Source: Oceanispirochaeta sp. (GTDB lineage Bacteria > Spirochaetota > Spirochaetia > DSM-2461). Taken from it: a stretch of 64,000 bases of DNA. The notes beneath the pieces are model-generated. The model saw only the letters and a program-made list of their open reading frames with translations. It made no database searches and was not told where the DNA came from. The position numbers were made by a program, and so were the translations under genes. The stretch spans positions 1,888,001 through 1,952,000 of the forward strand of contig CAXXOA010000002.1 in assembly GCA_963666275.2 (NCBI GenBank), written 5' to 3'. Numbering within the stretch: position 1 is the first letter of the stretch; each line of letters opens with the position of its first letter. Positions 62,183 to 64,000 of the stretch are shown piece after piece.

Positions 62183-63448
62183 ATGAACTACATGAGAATA
62201 GTAAATGCAATAATTAATAGAACACCGTTACTAAATCGATATATTAAAAATAGATCACAAGATAGATATATTAAAGATATTAAGGTTAATAATAGGTTTG
62301 ATGAAACTGTTCTATTTATTAACCATAATTTTACTCAAGATATTGAATGCATGTCTGAATATTTTAAGGATTATTATAATGTTTTGGTTATAGATAATAT
62401 CCCTTTTTTTAATGATGCTTATTATATTTTCAAAAAAAAAGATGAGAGAATCGGTGAAGTTAGTTATAAAAATATTAGTGAAATTAAAAAAGAAAAATAT
62501 AGAATGATTGTATCAAAAAAACTTGATTATCTGATGGAAATAACAAATTTAAAATTTATTATAATGCCATCAGATTCTTTTTGGTGGATTAGAGAATTTG
62601 TGACAGAAGCAAGAGAACGGGGTCTTATAACTATAGTTGTTGATAAGGAAGGAACTATTAGTCCTCTTTCATATGAAGTTCATGCGAACTTTATAAAAGA
62701 AAAATTTCCATTTATTTCTGATTATTTATTTGTATGGTCTGAACGTCAGAAAAAGTTTTGGAATAAAACAGGGGTAAATAATGATAAAATATTTGTTGTT
62801 GGTCAACCTCGTTCTGATTTTTTTAAAAATGAAAAAAAATGGCTAACAAAAAAAGAATTAGAAATTGGTGAATATAAAACTATTCTATTTTTTACCTTTG
62901 AAATTGATGCATATATACATATTCTTGAAAAAAATAATAACAACTCATGGAAGAAACTAAGAAATAATATTAGAGAAGAATTGTTTAAGTTTATTGAAGA
63001 ACACGATGATGTTCAATTAATTGTAAAGTGTCATCCACAACAGAATGATTTATGGGATCTGAGAGATTTTTACAAAAAAATAAATAATAGTAGAATTAAA
63101 CTAATTGAAGGAGCAAAATTATCAAATCAACTCATTGTAAATAGCGATTTAATAATAGGTTTTCAAACAACTGCTTTAATAGAGTCATTGTCTACTAAGA
63201 AGGAAGTGTTTTACACTGCTTGGACAGAAGAATTTGAATTATTAAAAAAACATTTAATACCCTTTCATGATTATGAGGGTTTTCAAGTTATATCTTCAAA
63301 AAAAGAATTTAGTCAAAAACTTAGTCATTGGTATAATGATGAATTGATGACAGATTTTTCGAAAAGAAAAAAAATTGTCAGTGATTATCTTTATGTTGTT
63401 GATGGAAATGTGTCAAAAAGGATTTGCGAAAAAATTGGTGAATTATAA
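62183..63448 (+). CDS. GT-B fold protein, candidate nonulosonate transferase
   Basis: FVWSE, VVGQPRSD, VKCHPQ, SDLIIGFQTTALIES, DG.VS.RI. Confidence 0.6.
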   Translation: MNYMRIVNAIINRTPLLNRYIKNRSQDRYIKDIKVNNRFDETVLFINHNFTQDIECMSEYFKDYYNVLVIDNIPFFNDAYYIFKKKDERIGEVSYKNISEIKKEKYRMIVSKKLDYLMEITNLKFIIMPSDSFWWIREFVTEARERGLITIVVDKEGTISPLSYEVHANFIKEKFPFISDYLFVWSERQKKFWNKTGVNNDKIFVVGQPRSDFFKNEKKWLTKKELEIGEYKTILFFTFEIDAYIHILEKNNNNSWKKLRNNIREELFKFIEEHDDVQLIVKCHPQQNDLWDLRDFYKKINNSRIKLIEGAKLSNQLIVNSDLIIGFQTTALIESLSTKKEVFYTAWTEEFELLKKHLIPFHDYEGFQVISSKKEFSQKLSHWYNDELMTDFSKRKKIVSDYLYVVDGNVSKRICEKIGEL

Positions 63449-63449
63449 A

Positions 63450-63986
63450 ATGTTGTGTAAAATATTTAATAGATTAAAAATAGTATATATTAGATTATTT
63501 TATTTAATAATGTTTCCTTTTAAAAAAAATAGGCTTAGTCGTAATGTTAAAATATATACATATTGTAATTCTAATTTTAGTTTAGGTAGTAATAATTCTA
63601 TTCTCGGTTTTGGAAATATCATTATCGAGGAGAATTCTCTTCTCTTAATTAAAAATAAAGTATATATAGGATTTTTTTCAAATATTAGATGTAGTGGTAA
63701 AATTGAAATTGGAAATAATGTACATATTGGTCAATTTGTTTCTCTTTTATCCGGGCATTATGAAAACTATAGAGATAGAAACATTACTATTGGTGACCAA
63801 AAAATACAAAAAAATGTTTTAGTAATCAAAGATGATTCTTGGATTGGTGCAAATGTTACGATCATCGGAAATGTAACTATCGGTAAAGGAGCTATTGTTG
63901 GTGCAGGAAGTATTGTTACAAAGAATGTTCTCGATTATGAAATAGTTGCAGGCAATCCTGCCAAAAAAATTGGAGAAAGAATATGA
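63450..63986 (+). CDS. Hexapeptide-repeat acyltransferase
   Basis: WIGANVTI, IGKGAIVGAGSIVTK, VAGNPAK. Confidence 0.9.
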   Translation: MLCKIFNRLKIVYIRLFYLIMFPFKKNRLSRNVKIYTYCNSNFSLGSNNSILGFGNIIIEENSLLLIKNKVYIGFFSNIRCSGKIEIGNNVHIGQFVSLLSGHYENYRDRNITIGDQKIQKNVLVIKDDSWIGANVTIIGNVTIGKGAIVGAGSIVTKNVLDYEIVAGNPAKKIGERI

Positions 63987-64000
63987 AATTAATAAAGAAA
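63983..64000 (+). CDS. Probable start of the next gene (runs off window)
   Basis: ATGA overlap with the upstream stop; GGAG upstream. Confidence 0.4.

Overview
Bacterial chromosomal window, most likely a free-living spirochaete (Spirochaetaceae-like; inferred from protein families, not proven). 1-14.7 kb: transaldolase / CoA-acylating aldehyde dehydrogenase / acyl-CoA carboxyltransferase operon, a GntR regulator, then a myo-inositol cluster (ABC transporter, iolG, LacI, iolB, iolD, iolE) with no iolC, iolJ or iolA in view. 15-49 kb: mixed genes (receiver-PEP-synthase-like protein + gdhA, LemA/TPM, chromate transporter pair, c-di-GMP enzymes, ABC-F, dprA-comM-yraN, phosphatases) plus several short palindromic repeat families, including a DUF559 endonuclease gene bracketed by ~300-bp palindrome-rich direct repeats. 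49-53 kb: two toxin-antitoxin pairs and a decaying array of MarR-type regulator copies hit five times by a ~100-bp structured element that inserts after (T/G)ATT. 53-64 kb: AT-rich pseudaminic-acid-type glycan locus. No rRNA, tRNA, CRISPR array or transposase seen. Best leads: (1) a possible kinase-free, transaldolase-based inositol pathway; (2) the TATT-targeting structured mini-element; (3) the DUF559/REP-like unit. All calls come from reading the sequence; no database search was run.
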